Part shown: in pieces, positions 1-9,345 of the stretch
How positions within the stretch are numbered: the first letter of the stretch is position 1
How the letters are laid out: the number at the start of each line of letters is the position of its first letter
Source: Candidatus Aenigmatarchaeota archaeon
GTDB lineage: Archaea; Aenigmatarchaeota; Aenigmatarchaeia; GW2011-AR5
Reading direction: 5' to 3'
Length of the DNA: 64,000 nucleotides
Assembly: GCA_016198685.1 (NCBI GenBank)
Contig: JACQID010000006.1
Location: 1 to 64,000 of the forward strand
Notes under the pieces: generated by a model
Databases searched by the model: none
Seen by the model: the letters and a program-made list of their open reading frames with translations, nothing else
Told to the model about the DNA's origin: nothing
Program-made: the position numbers and the translations under genes

Positions 1-75
1 AAATAAAAGTATATATTCTATAAAACATATATAGAATCATATATGAAAAAACATATATAAAAAATGCTCATATCT
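1..75. repeat. AT-rich low-complexity TATA/CTATA tract
   Basis: Repeated ATATAT units. TATATATTCTATAAAA (10-25) is the exact reverse complement of 1952-1967. Confidence 0.55.
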
Positions 76-80
76 CTCAC

Positions 81-623
81 CTAAAATTCGTCATTTTCAT
101 CAGGCGCCCGGGCCTCCCCGCCCTGTATTTTAGGCTCTTCAGGAGCAAAACTCTCCTTATTTTCTGTCGAATCCTTGCGTATTACGCCTATAGTCATTAA
201 ATCGTCAAAATCTTTGCTTATTCGGCGTGTTTTACGTAAAAATGCCTTCATTGAGGATTCTACTTTATCCAAAAGACGATTGGTAGTATTCGCCGTCAAT
301 AAATACCCTTTTGTAAATCCATTACCCATAGGAATCTTGACAAATTCTACAAGCCCCAAAGATCGCCATTTCCTTAGCTCTTCATATGTTTGTGACTGGG
401 AAATCGACAAAATATCAGATATTTTATCCACAGTAAGCGGAATATTGTCTTTTCGGTATTTTAAAAGCTCTAATAAAAGCTTTGAGTGATTTGCACGGCT
501 TTCTTTACGTTTTAGACCCAAACGCTTAACCCATACATCTGCCATGAGTTCAGGAGTTAAACTATCCATATGATCCGGCGGAGAAATCCGCTGAAAAACC
601 ATGTCAGAAAGCTTCTTCTTCAT
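81..623 (-). CDS. winged-helix DNA-binding protein
   Basis: LTVDKISDILSISQSQTYEELRKWRSLGLVEF fits a wHTH helix2-helix3-wing pattern. Confidence 0.6.
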   Translation of the reverse strand: MKKKLSDMVFQRISPPDHMDSLTPELMADVWVKRLGLKRKESRANHSKLLLELLKYRKDNIPLTVDKISDILSISQSQTYEELRKWRSLGLVEFVKIPMGNGFTKGYLLTANTTNRLLDKVESSMKAFLRKTRRISKDFDDLMTIGVIRKDSTENKESFAPEEPKIQGGEARAPDENDEF

Positions 624-1060
624 ACTCTTATCAACTCCACTCCGGCTTCTTTCAGGAGCCGCGTGCCTAAATCGTCGGGATAATCTTCCTTAGCAACCAC
701 TTTCGTTATTCCCGCATTGATTATCATCTTGGCGCATTGCGTGCACGCCGTAAGGGTAGTATACAAAGTGGCGCCTTCAGTACGCATGCCGTGCCGTGCC
801 GCCTGGACAATTGCATTCTCCTCGGCATGGGAGCAGCTGCATTTATCTAAAGACGTGCCTGATGGCACAGTCGAAGCGCAGCGAACGCAAGATCCTTCAA
901 AGCAATTCTTGATGCCTCGCGGCGTTCCATTATAGCCCGTGGATATAATCTGCTTATCCCTAACTAAAACAGCGCCTATTTGCCTTCGTATGCAGTTAGC
1001 CCGGCCAGCAACCTCTTTTGCTATGTTCATGAAATAGGTATCCCAGTCAGGCCGTTGCAC
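620..1060 (-). CDS. dCMP deaminase (ComEB-like, Zn-dependent)
   Basis: C..RQIGAVLV, STGYNGTPRG, HAEENAI and ACTQCAKMIINAGI motifs. GTG start preceded by GGTGG. Confidence 0.92.
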   Translation of the reverse strand: MQRPDWDTYFMNIAKEVAGRANCIRRQIGAVLVRDKQIISTGYNGTPRGIKNCFEGSCVRCASTVPSGTSLDKCSCSHAEENAIVQAARHGMRTEGATLYTTLTACTQCAKMIINAGITKVVAKEDYPDDLGTRLLKEAGVELIRV

Positions 1061-1305
1061 TATAGCCCACCCTTTAATGATATATTTGTAGCCTCATGGG
1101 TCACCCATTTGCCATAAAATATAGCCTCAGAAGGCCACTTTTTTCTTGTGTTTGGCTGATTTTTTATGTTAGCGCTCAGGCCTAGCATATCACATGAAAA
1201 ATAGCTGCTTTCATTTTCTATCCGGAATAAACCGCCAAATATGCTGCTTTGCACTTCTTTCACAAATAACCTTGGTGACATACTAACCTCTTTGGTCCCG
1301 CTCAC
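1060..1305 (-). CDS. possible small hypothetical protein
   Basis: Its stop overlaps the start of the deaminase gene. No recognisable motif. Confidence 0.3.
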   Translation of the reverse strand: MSGTKEVSMSPRLFVKEVQSSIFGGLFRIENESSYFSCDMLGLSANIKNQPNTRKKWPSEAIFYGKWVTHEATNISLKGGL

Positions 1306-1453
1306 TTTTATATTTTACGGTATTAGAGAATAATTCCCGTCTTTAACCGGAGTAAGGTCATTTTTCATAAATATAGAGAAGGAAAGACTGAAAAATTTTC
1401 AGAATTAAAGCGGAATAAAATTTTAGTAAAAATAGATCAAAAATGCTCATATT

Positions 1454-1831
1454 TCATAAATCATTTTCTATAAAATATGTTGGTAATTGCTTACGTCTCA
1501 AAGAAAATCCCTTGAAATAGTTCTTGTCATCATCAGATATCCCTGCACTGAAATCCAGCCAAGGATCGCGGTAGCCGGCAATTACTCTGCCCACATCAAA
1601 AGGATATAATCCCTTATACTCCTCATGCGGCGCGTTTACGCCAAAGGATCCGTCATCATATTGCGTGATTATTATTCTACTTTTTGGAGTAGTTTTTACA
1701 GGAGATGTCATAAGATCCACAAATATGCTTTTCATTTTTATGTAGCTAATTAATTTAAAATTTGGCGATCTTTTGTTAAGCGTAAGCGGATTTTGCATGG
1801 GTGTTTTTCGGCTATTTTTATGGGGTTTCAA
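1454..1831 (-). CDS. hypothetical protein
   Basis: Longest ORF in the interval. The true start may be a downstream Met. Confidence 0.5.
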   Translation of the reverse strand: MKPHKNSRKTPMQNPLTLNKRSPNFKLISYIKMKSIFVDLMTSPVKTTPKSRIIITQYDDGSFGVNAPHEEYKGLYPFDVGRVIAGYRDPWLDFSAGISDDDKNYFKGFSLRRKQLPTYFIENDL

Positions 1832-1869
1832 GGATATTTTATTACGGCTTTTGGCCGGAATTTTTTATG

Positions 1870-2015
1870 TTAGATTTCGAGGGAGTTTTTTGTATAGTAT
1901 TTTTATATAGTTTTTATAGTATATTTTTTATAATATTATTTGTATTTTATATTTTATAGAATATATATACTGCCTGATCCCTAACATAGAATATATTTTA
2001 ACTTATAATATAGCT
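1870..2015. repeat. AT-rich TATAG-containing low-complexity tract
   Basis: TATAG at 1893, 1906, 1915, 1955 and 2009. Includes the 16-bp inverted copy of positions 10-25. Confidence 0.55.
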
Positions 2016-2086
2016 AGAGCTTTATACGAATAAATTCATGGGAATAGTAGGGAGACAAAAATTATATCAAAAATAAAAGAAATTGT

Positions 2087-2317
2087 TTATCGCTTCTTTC
2101 TTTTCTTAGGTTCAGATTCGTTCATGCAGTGCGACTGTGCCTTGTAGTATTTTGCCGTGCCCAATAATGCGAGGCCTGCGAAATACTGCAATGCCAGGAT
2201 GCCTGTGGCCATATCGAGACCTATCTCAGGCATCTTCAGTTGCTGTCCGATCCCGCTTACGAGAAGGACTAATGCAAGAGCTCCGAATACTGAATACATG
2301 ATGCAATTGGAGCACAT
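2087..2317 (-). CDS. small two-TM membrane protein
   Basis: Two hydrophobic stretches and a basic C-terminal tail. Confidence 0.6.
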   Translation of the reverse strand: MCSNCIMYSVFGALALVLLVSGIGQQLKMPEIGLDMATGILALQYFAGLALLGTAKYYKAQSHCMNESEPKKRKKR

Positions 2318-2415
2318 AGAATAAATTGAAAAGGCCGGTATATATAGTTAACCAAGCAGGTAGTATGATTTAATTCGCTATGCACAATTTTTGTAATATA
2401 CCAACTATAAGCTTT

Positions 2416-2730
2416 TTAGACCGGATCGTAACCGCCACCTGTTATGGGATTGCAACGGAGCAGGCGGAACGCGCCCAGCAGCATTCCGATAACCGGGCCC
2501 CTCTTCTTGACGGCCACTTTGGCATATTGCGAGCATGTTGGCATGAATGAGCACATCTTTTTTACGCCGAACTCTTTTTTCAACTGCGGATCTATCTGCT
2601 TTTGATAATAATTTATACTGTCAAGAATGAAACTATCTTTTCTAGGCATACTATGAACGTTGCGAGCCCAGATTACAACTGCGCGACCAAAGCCTCCCGG
2701 ACCGCAGCAACAGTCAACCTGTCCCTTCAT
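2416..2730 (-). CDS. yidD: membrane protein insertion efficiency factor YidD-like
   Basis: [11 protein letters not shown]...G...[17 protein letters not shown] matches the YidD three-Cys signature. Confidence 0.85.
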   Translation of the reverse strand: MKGQVDCCCGPGGFGRAVVIWARNVHSMPRKDSFILDSINYYQKQIDPQLKKEFGVKKMCSFMPTCSQYAKVAVKKRGPVIGMLLGAFRLLRCNPITGGGYDPV

Positions 2731-3038
2731 CTAGCTCCCCTGGGTTTAAGCTTTGAGAATTTACGAAGAACGGCTTCAAAATTATCGGCCAGCTCTTCGC
2801 CGTCCTTTGTGAGCTTTACATATTTGATTCGCCCTTCCTTGTCGAAATCAACAAGACCCATTTCTTCAAACATTTCAAGAAGCTTGACCGTGTGCGAATA
2901 CGTGCAATCGGTCTCTTTTGCAAGAACTGATACATATTTTGCATTACCCATCTTTATGCACATGAGAAGCTTAACTGGCTTCTTTCTGAGGAAGAGATAC
3001 TCGAGCTCGTTTTTAACGCTCATATAGAGTCTATGCAT
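2727..3038 (-). CDS. MarR-like winged-helix protein
   Basis: [43 protein letters not shown]. Confidence 0.75.
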   Translation of the reverse strand: MHRLYMSVKNELEYLFLRKKPVKLLMCIKMGNAKYVSVLAKETDCTYSHTVKLLEMFEEMGLVDFDKEGRIKYVKLTKDGEELADNFEAVLRKFSKLKPRGAR

Positions 3039-3080
3039 GCGCCTGCTTAAATATGCGATATATCTATTTCGGTATATATG

Positions 3081-3560
3081 TCACTTTTCAAGGCCTCGTT
3101 TTTTCGCCAGCATTGAAAAGGAAAACGCGTATATTAAGGACCATAATATGGTCGATAACATCGAGAGCGTATAATTGTAAAGACCTGCAATCATACCAAG
3201 CCCTATGATCAGCAAGCTCCCTGATATCCAGATAACTCCGGCAAACAGAAAAGTTACTATAAGCGACTTGAGAAAAATGCCTGAGCCCGGTATTTTTTCT
3301 GCAAATAGCATGACTAGAATGGCAAAAAAGCCCCCGCGCATCGCCTCATTTATTATGGCAGGTGGCGAACTCAGGATAATGCTCCCTAATGCGTTTTGCA
3401 AAACCTCAGGATATAAGTACGCTATACTTATTATCCCGGCGAAACTCACAGCAAAGTAAGCTATGATGCCTGAAATCACACCTGTCTTCATCCATTCCCT
3501 GCCGGAATCTGCGTAACGATCCTTCATAATCATATTTAGGCTAGAGCATTTTAAATACAA
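3081..3560 (-). CDS. multi-pass membrane protein
   Basis: About four hydrophobic helices. Confidence 0.65.
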   Translation of the reverse strand: MYLKCSSLNMIMKDRYADSGREWMKTGVISGIIAYFAVSFAGIISIAYLYPEVLQNALGSIILSSPPAIINEAMRGGFFAILVMLFAEKIPGSGIFLKSLIVTFLFAGVIWISGSLLIIGLGMIAGLYNYTLSMLSTILWSLIYAFSFSMLAKKRGLEK

Positions 3561-3578
3561 TCCAAGCGTTATTGTTAT

Positions 3579-3797
3579 ATGTCCGAACTTACTCTGCAGC
3601 CGATACGCAGGCTTTTCTTCAGGACCGGGGCGAAGCGCGTTTCTGACAAGGCCGCCGAGGCGCTTATAAACAATATGGAAGAGCGAGCGCTAAGAATAGC
3701 CGAAGAAGCGTGGAATCTCGCTCGTCATGCGGGCCGAAGCACGGTCATGAAGCAGGACATCAGAATGGCGGAAAAACTCGTAAAGGAAAAGAAATAA
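3579..3797 (+). CDS. archaeal histone (HMf family)
   Basis: 72 aa. EL...PIRRL, GAKRVS..A..AL and ARHAGRSTV...DI histone-fold motifs. Confidence 0.92.
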   Translation: MSELTLQPIRRLFFRTGAKRVSDKAAEALINNMEERALRIAEEAWNLARHAGRSTVMKQDIRMAEKLVKEKK

Positions 3798-3804
3798 TCG
3801 CCTT

Positions 3805-4755
3805 CTAGTCCCTGATACCGTCTTCAGTGACGCTGAATACTGCTTCACCTTCAGGCAAATTAGGAGAATCAATCAGCCGCGCGACTCTCTTAGTCTGTTT
3901 GCTTTTTCTCAGGTACATACGGTATGTCGATGCATGACCGAGTATGTGACCTCCTATTGCAGTTGTAGGATCTCCGAAAAGCATGTCAGGCTTGGCCATG
4001 ACTTGGTTTGTCATGTATACAGCAACGTTGAATGAATCCGCAATTTTTTGCAGCGAATGGAGATGCCTGTTCAATTTCTGCTGTCTTGGCGCAAGTTCGC
4101 CCCTGCCCGTGTAATCAGAACGGAAGTGAGACATCATGGAATCAATGACAATAAGCTTCACGTTTCTTTCTTTTATGATATCACGCGCTTTTTCAACAAG
4201 CACCACTTGGTGATCTGAATTGTAAGCCTTGGCTACGAATATGTTCTTGAGAACTTCTTCGGGCTCGAGGCCCTGCGCCTTTGCAAGCTGCACAATTCTC
4301 TCAGGACGGAATGTGCTTTCCGTATCTATGAATATACAATTGCCACCAAGTCCTCCTTTTTCGACAGGCATCTGCACATTGACAGAAAGTTGGAAACCAA
4401 GCTGCGATTTTCCGGAACCGAAAGCTCCGAATCCTTCTGTTATGGCCTGAGTTTCCACTCCGCCACCTAGCAATGCATTAAGAGAATTACTGCCAGTCGT
4501 TACTTTTCCTATTTCTTTTCTTCGTTCCATCACGTCGGCAGCTGACTTGAATCCCATGTCAAGTTTGTCGCGCGCAGCTTCTATTATTTTTTCAGCAGTC
4601 GCCTGACCTATCTCGCAGGCCGTAACAATTTCTCCTGCCGATGCCGCGGCTATGCTCATGAGATCCTCATATCCCGCTTCCCTAAGTTTCTGCGCTCCCT
4701 TAGGTCCGATGCCCGGCAAATCCTCTATTGAAATCATTTCAGTCATGCGTTTCAC
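3805..4755 (-). CDS. radA: DNA repair and recombination protein RadA
   Basis: N-terminal HhH (LPGIGP), Walker [43 protein letters not shown]. No intein. Confidence 0.97.
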   Translation of the reverse strand: MKRMTEMISIEDLPGIGPKGAQKLREAGYEDLMSIAAASAGEIVTACEIGQATAEKIIEAARDKLDMGFKSAADVMERRKEIGKVTTGSNSLNALLGGGVETQAITEGFGAFGSGKSQLGFQLSVNVQMPVEKGGLGGNCIFIDTESTFRPERIVQLAKAQGLEPEEVLKNIFVAKAYNSDHQVVLVEKARDIIKERNVKLIVIDSMMSHFRSDYTGRGELAPRQQKLNRHLHSLQKIADSFNVAVYMTNQVMAKPDMLFGDPTTAIGGHILGHASTYRMYLRKSKQTKRVARLIDSPNLPEGEAVFSVTEDGIRD

Positions 4756-4759
4756 CCTT

Positions 4760-5737
4760 TTACGCCGTGCCCCGAGGCAACAGCCTGTTTATCTCTTCCT
4801 TTATGTCAACGCTCTTCACAGAATTCGTAACGAATTCAAGTCTGTCAAAGAAAGTATTACGCCTCACTTTTCCGGAGAACACGTATTCCCGGCCGAGTTC
4901 CGCTTTTTCATAGACATGCTTTAAGTCCCTCTTCATATCGAAGATTCTCTTCGCTTCGTTCTTCGTCATTCCAAGAACGAATTCCGCCTGCTCGTTAAAC
5001 AGGACGACGCGTATGCTTTCTGTGCCGTCGTCTATTATTCCTGTGAGAACTATGTTGTGTTCCGGCGAGACTTCTCCGTGCTCTTCACACTTGAAGCCGT
5101 TCGCTTCCTTCAGGCTGGCCCTGCATTGCGGGCATACCGGATAAAACATATTGGAATTGAAAAGCTGCATAAGACAGGCACGAACTTCTCTTCTATATCC
5201 TTCCTGCAGATCTTTTATCGAAGATCTTTCAATTTGAGCTGTTGGCTCTTCTGCAACGTCTATTTTTTCCGAGCTTCTCTGCAGAAGACCATATTTGCCT
5301 ATGCGAAGTTCGGCATAACCATCATATCCTTCTCTTGAAAATCCCTTGAAATGGATAACATCCCCGATCTTGGTTTGTTCAAGAACTTGCAATTCCTCAT
5401 TCCACAAACTGAGCCTTACCGAACCTGTGTGATCGGCAATAATAATGTTAACAACTTTTCCTTCTGCCTTATCGGTTTTGAATTCTTTGACAGGGAAAAT
5501 CTTTGTTATTTTCCCTACGACATCGACATTCTTCATCCCCGGCACGATGCTGCCGATGTAGAGTCGCTCTTTTTTCTTAAGAAGCTGAACGCCAAGTTCC
5601 TTGGCCACTATGTATACTGCTCCTTCTTCGGATATAAGACCCGAAAGTTCTTCTTGCTTTTCCTGAACACGGGCCTTTATTTCGCTTTCATTAAGGCCTG
5701 AATCTGCGGCAATCTTGGTTATCATTTCGCTTATCAT
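4760..5737 (-). CDS. rpa: replication protein A (OB folds + Zn finger)
   Basis: [11 protein letters not shown] and [14 protein letters not shown] motifs. CPQC...CEEH zinc finger. Confidence 0.9.
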   Translation of the reverse strand: MISEMITKIAADSGLNESEIKARVQEKQEELSGLISEEGAVYIVAKELGVQLLKKKERLYIGSIVPGMKNVDVVGKITKIFPVKEFKTDKAEGKVVNIIIADHTGSVRLSLWNEELQVLEQTKIGDVIHFKGFSREGYDGYAELRIGKYGLLQRSSEKIDVAEEPTAQIERSSIKDLQEGYRREVRACLMQLFNSNMFYPVCPQCRASLKEANGFKCEEHGEVSPEHNIVLTGIIDDGTESIRVVLFNEQAEFVLGMTKNEAKRIFDMKRDLKHVYEKAELGREYVFSGKVRRNTFFDRLEFVTNSVKSVDIKEEINRLLPRGTA

Positions 5738-5801
5738 GCGAGAAACTATATCGGAAAAATGTTTAAAGAAATAGAGAGCGAAAGAAAAGTGCGGAAAGTG
5801 C

Positions 5802-6056
5802 TCAGATTATTTCCTTCTCGGATATTATCACGAAGTCGCCCACGGACTTCACTGCCGAGAAAGGCACAAGCGTCCTGCTTCCTTCATCCCTTTCGAGATT
5901 GAGTTCAGAGGAGTGTCTTGTGGGCTCAACCATTACTATGCTAAGAAGTTCTCCGGATTCGGCCACGAAGTTTAAGTCGCCGACTACGCCGAATTTTCTG
6001 CCGGTTTCTTCGGAAACTATGACTTTGCCGATGAGATCTCTTCCTCTTGTAGCCAT
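5802..6056 (-). CDS. PRC-barrel protein (CdpB-like)
   Basis: LIGKVIVSEETGRKFGVVGDL...G.L..I...VPFSAVKSVGDFVII. Confidence 0.85.
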   Translation of the reverse strand: MATRGRDLIGKVIVSEETGRKFGVVGDLNFVAESGELLSIVMVEPTRHSSELNLERDEGSRTLVPFSAVKSVGDFVIISEKEII

Positions 6057-6172
6057 GTTACCACCTCGTTATATGGCTATATAATTCACTAGCAATCTTA
6101 AATACGTTTTTATCAGAAAAGCGCACTTTGATACGGTCATTAGGTCTTCTATCATAAATTTTATGTTAGTGA

Positions 6173-7336
6173 TCAGGCCTTGACTACAAGCGTCTTGAGC
6201 TTCGCTGCCAGATGGTAAACGAAAGCCCTGTCTTTTCTTGTTCTTTCTACCATCTTATCGGCCATCATCCTGATCAATATGTTGTTGACGCTCCTTACAG
6301 CGTGCTGACGGGTCTTGTATTTCTCAAGTGGCAGGCGGTTCGCTATGTCGCCTGGAGATGCGGGACCGGTAGCAAGGACTTCTATGACGTCTCTCTGCAT
6401 AGGTGTTAGGGCTTCTATTGCGCTCACAGAAATGCTCTTCTCCTCTTCCTTGCGGGCCGAGACCATATCAACCGTAATCGTAGGGCGGCCCTGGCGTGCT
6501 GCAGCATTGATAAGTTCTGTGCAAACACGTAGCACTTCCCTTGGAAATCCGCCGGTCTTCTCGTATATAGCATCTATTGCGTCTTGATCAAACGGAGCAT
6601 GCCCCTTGCCGCCGACGCTCTCTATACGCATGGTTATCATCTGCTGCATCTCGTGCTTCGTGAGAGCAAGCACTTCAATTCTTGTGACTATTCTTTTCCT
6701 TAGTGTTTCCAGTTTATCGCGTATCTTCGATTCAAAGACAGGTAAACCGGATAATATTATAGTCATGTTTTCTATCTGGTCACTAAGTACCCTAATCCAT
6801 TCAAGCATCTCCAGTTCAGCTTCATGAGCCTCGTCAAGGAAGAATATGAGATGCTTGCCCCGTAATTTCTTGTTCATGAAATCGGGTATTTGGTACGGAT
6901 TTTTTATGTTAGGTATAAAGAGCCTCAGGAACCATGGTGCGCCGTATTTGTTGTTGAAAATATCCAGTAGTTCCTGCGTATTGGCAGGCGGTTTTCCTGT
7001 ATATAGAACTTCAAAATTTTTAGGAACATTCATAGCTGACCATTTTAATAGAGTGGTTTTACCAGATCCTGTCGGGCCTGTCACCAAAGAAATATTATGC
7101 TTTTCTTCTATCGCTGAAAGAAGCGCAGCTTTCTGATCACCGTATCCAACATAGAGATCGGGTTTTATACTGAATGTAAAAGGGCTCTGAAACCAGCCAT
7201 TTTCGGTTATCCACTCTTTCACTCTTTTGGGCCAGCCTATGGAGCTATTTTTGCCCTCTAAAGAGGGGTTTTCGGAGCCTTTTTCCTGTGTAAAAGGAGC
7301 TTCGGGAACCGGTATATCTTCCTCAGGCGGGGCCAT
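6173..7336 (-). CDS. ExeA/AAA_22-like ATPase with C-terminal winged helix
   Basis: SPFTFSIKPD N-motif, Walker A GPTGSGKT, Walker B FLDEAH, R-finger LRKRI, GGFPREV. C-terminal LTPMQRDVIEVL...DIANRL...VERTRKDRAFVYHL wHTH. Confidence 0.85.
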   Translation of the reverse strand: MAPPEEDIPVPEAPFTQEKGSENPSLEGKNSSIGWPKRVKEWITENGWFQSPFTFSIKPDLYVGYGDQKAALLSAIEEKHNISLVTGPTGSGKTTLLKWSAMNVPKNFEVLYTGKPPANTQELLDIFNNKYGAPWFLRLFIPNIKNPYQIPDFMNKKLRGKHLIFFLDEAHEAELEMLEWIRVLSDQIENMTIILSGLPVFESKIRDKLETLRKRIVTRIEVLALTKHEMQQMITMRIESVGGKGHAPFDQDAIDAIYEKTGGFPREVLRVCTELINAAARQGRPTITVDMVSARKEEEKSISVSAIEALTPMQRDVIEVLATGPASPGDIANRLPLEKYKTRQHAVRSVNNILIRMMADKMVERTRKDRAFVYHLAAKLKTLVVKA

Positions 7337-7350
7337 CTATTCATATCTGC

Positions 7351-7635
7351 TTCACGGCTTAAAAAGATTTAGGTAGTGAAGTTCACGGGATCTTCACGCG
7401 ATTTTTGCTTTGTTCACGCATCTATTCACGGATTTTTTAATATTTTTCGTGAAGTTCACGTTTTTTGGCATTATGAATTCATGTGAAGATCTGTGAACTT
7501 CACGTGAAACAAGATCTTCACGAAGGTATTCACGTGAAGCCCGTGAAGGTCTTGTGAAGGGTTCGTGAAGCTTGCGTGAATAGTTGGTGAAGTATATGTG
7601 AAGAGTTGTTGAATAGTTAGTGAAGCTCAATGAAA
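7351..7635. repeat. helically phased TTCAC/GTGAA array 1
   Basis: 22 exact pentamers counted. GTGAA (one TTGAA variant) starts every 11 bp at 7543, 7554, 7565, 7576, 7587, 7598, 7609 and 7620. Confidence 0.92.
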
Positions 7636-7804
7636 GCGTATGGGATTTTATTATGATTTGTGACTTACTATTCCGGTTTTTGAGAGGAATATCATCAGTT
7701 TGTGAGCTTTTTTATGTATTTTTCTGACCTAATGGGGCCTATTGTGAGGGAAGAATATGAAACTTAAATATCTTCTCAAAAATGTGTGAGTTTGTCCAAA
7801 GACG

Positions 7805-7968
7805 TTCATATAACTTCACGTGAACTTCACGGCGTATTCACGGATCTTCACAGATGTTCACGGACTTTCACGTGAACTTCATAACATATCTATGAAGTTC
7901 ACGTGAACTTCACGAAGCCACCCGTGAATATTCACAGACACGTGAGTAAAATGTGAGTATTTTGTGAG
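7805..7968. repeat. helically phased TTCAC/GTGAA array 2
   Basis: TTCAC at 7815, 7826, 7837, 7847, 7857, 7867, 7898, 7909 and 7931. TTCACGTGAA palindromes. GTGAG at 7942, 7953 and 7964. Confidence 0.92.
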
Positions 7969-8061
7969 TTTTAGAAAACTAACATATTTTAATTTTTCTG
8001 TCTTTATGGCAAAAAACCTTATATTTAGACGATTGGAAATATTTTAGGCTATTTTTAGCCT

Positions 8062-8370
8062 TTAATTGCTCTGTGCATTGCTCAAAATCTTTAACATTTT
8101 TAGAATTTCGCCTATGCTACGACCTTCCGCTATCTTCTGAAGTACATACGGCTTTAAACGGATCACTCGAAGCATCGGACGGCTTCCACTGCCAAGGCTT
8201 GTCTCCTCCAAAAGAGGTTCCAGTATGCCACCTATGTAAGTTCCGACCGTAGTTGCAGACAATCCCGTATCTCTGGATAGCTGCCTTAGCCACAATCCGT
8301 CAGGATTTCTCGCAAGAGCAGATATTATACTAGATATCTTCTTGCCATCAAACCCTTTCTTTCTGCCCAT
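8062..8370 (-). CDS. small winged-helix DNA-binding protein
   Basis: IISALARNPDGLWLRQLSRDTGLSATTVGTYI HTH. Confidence 0.75.
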   Translation of the reverse strand: MGRKKGFDGKKISSIISALARNPDGLWLRQLSRDTGLSATTVGTYIGGILEPLLEETSLGSGSRPMLRVIRLKPYVLQKIAEGRSIGEILKMLKILSNAQSN

Positions 8371-8557
8371 GATAAAATAAATTGGACAATTGTACGTTTA
8401 AAGGTTTCATGGCCTTCAAATGGCTGGGAAATGCAGAATTTTGAACAATTCAAGGATTTTGCTATTTTATCCCTCACATACAGGTGTTGAACACGAAATC
8501 GGGGCCTAATAACGCCGTTATATCATCTATATATCTAAACCCGCGCCAACAATAGAT

Positions 8558-9049
8558 ATGCATTTTCTGGCCATAGAGGCAGCTCCCCATATAAAAGAAA
8601 AAATGATGTACATTCAAGAACGCCTCATAGAACTGCCAGGCGTTGTAGCCGTGAAAGAACCCCGCTTTATACTGGCACGTTTGAAGGAAGAAAAACATAT
8701 CCAAGAAAGGCTCAAAAAAGCTGTCGCTGATTTCTGTTCATTTAATATAGACGTGAAAGGCATAGGCGTATTCCCGCATCATCGACACGTAAAATCCGTA
8801 TGGGCAGGAGCACCGGCTCTAAAAAATCTGCAAGCCGCTATTGAGCAAGAGTTCGGCCCGCTAGCGCTGCCCGTTCATTCCGTTATAGCCGGAGTAAAGA
8901 ACGGAAAAGTTAGGGAAGATGTGCTGAAACATGTAAGACAACTTGAAAACCATAGCTTTGGTTCCATGAAGGTAGACATAATAAACATACTGGTCCGGCA
9001 TAATGCCGAAGAGCCGTGGAGAGCAGAAGGTTTCGTGAGGCTTGAGTGA
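8558..9049 (+). CDS. 2H phosphoesterase (ThpR/LigT-like), catalytic motifs degenerate
   Basis: FLAIE...IKE, F.I.VKGIGVFP...SVWAG and GSMKVD.I match ThpR. The HxT positions read PRFIL and VHSVI. Confidence 0.7.
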   Translation: MHFLAIEAAPHIKEKMMYIQERLIELPGVVAVKEPRFILARLKEEKHIQERLKKAVADFCSFNIDVKGIGVFPHHRHVKSVWAGAPALKNLQAAIEQEFGPLALPVHSVIAGVKNGKVREDVLKHVRQLENHSFGSMKVDIINILVRHNAEEPWRAEGFVRLE

Positions 9050-9168
9050 TGCGGCTTTTTGTCGCAGTCGACTTGGATGAAAAGATAAAAGAAGAACTGG
9101 CAGTTCATGACATCCCTCATGCGACGATTGCCCCTCAAGCAAACCGGATTCTAGGCTCCTTGACATAA
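9049..9168 (+). pseudogene. 39-aa ThpR-like fragment
   Basis: Read manually: MRLFVAVDLDEKIKEELAVHDIPHATIAPQANRILGSLT*. Its start overlaps the upstream stop (TGATG). Confidence 0.6.
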
Positions 9169-9345
9169 CTTCACGGTATAAGAATGCTTCATTCGGAGTC
9201 ATGCATGTGAAATCCGTGAAGCTCAAAAACTCGATTATTGGTCTGGCGGACCCGTATATTCTGGCATAGCATCCTTTGACTTGGCATAACTTCACAAAGG
9301 CTTCACAAAACCTTCACATGAATTCATTTGTTTCACGGCTGTGAA
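9165..9345. repeat. satellite TTCAC/GTGAA cluster (array 3)
   Basis: TTCAC at 9170, 9291, 9302, 9313 and 9332. GTGAA at 9207, 9216 and 9341. Confidence 0.75.

Noticed and set aside
3805-4755. Intein in RadA
   Set aside because: Normal length with continuous motifs.
6173-7336. Calling the ATPase Orc1/Cdc6
   Set aside because: The N-terminal PF...PD and GGFPRE motifs fit ExeA/AAA_22 better. Only the domain architecture is shared.
7394-7630. 78-aa ORF across array 1
   Set aside because: By-product of the 11-bp repeats. The period is not codon-phased and the composition is biased.
7351-7968. CRISPR array or canonical ORB origin
   Set aside because: Repeats are 5 bp with spacers of about 6 bp, and no ORB G-string motif is visible.
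8861-9295. 144-aa minus-strand ORF
   Set aside because: It overlaps the better-supported plus-strand 2H ORFs and array 3, and has no motif.
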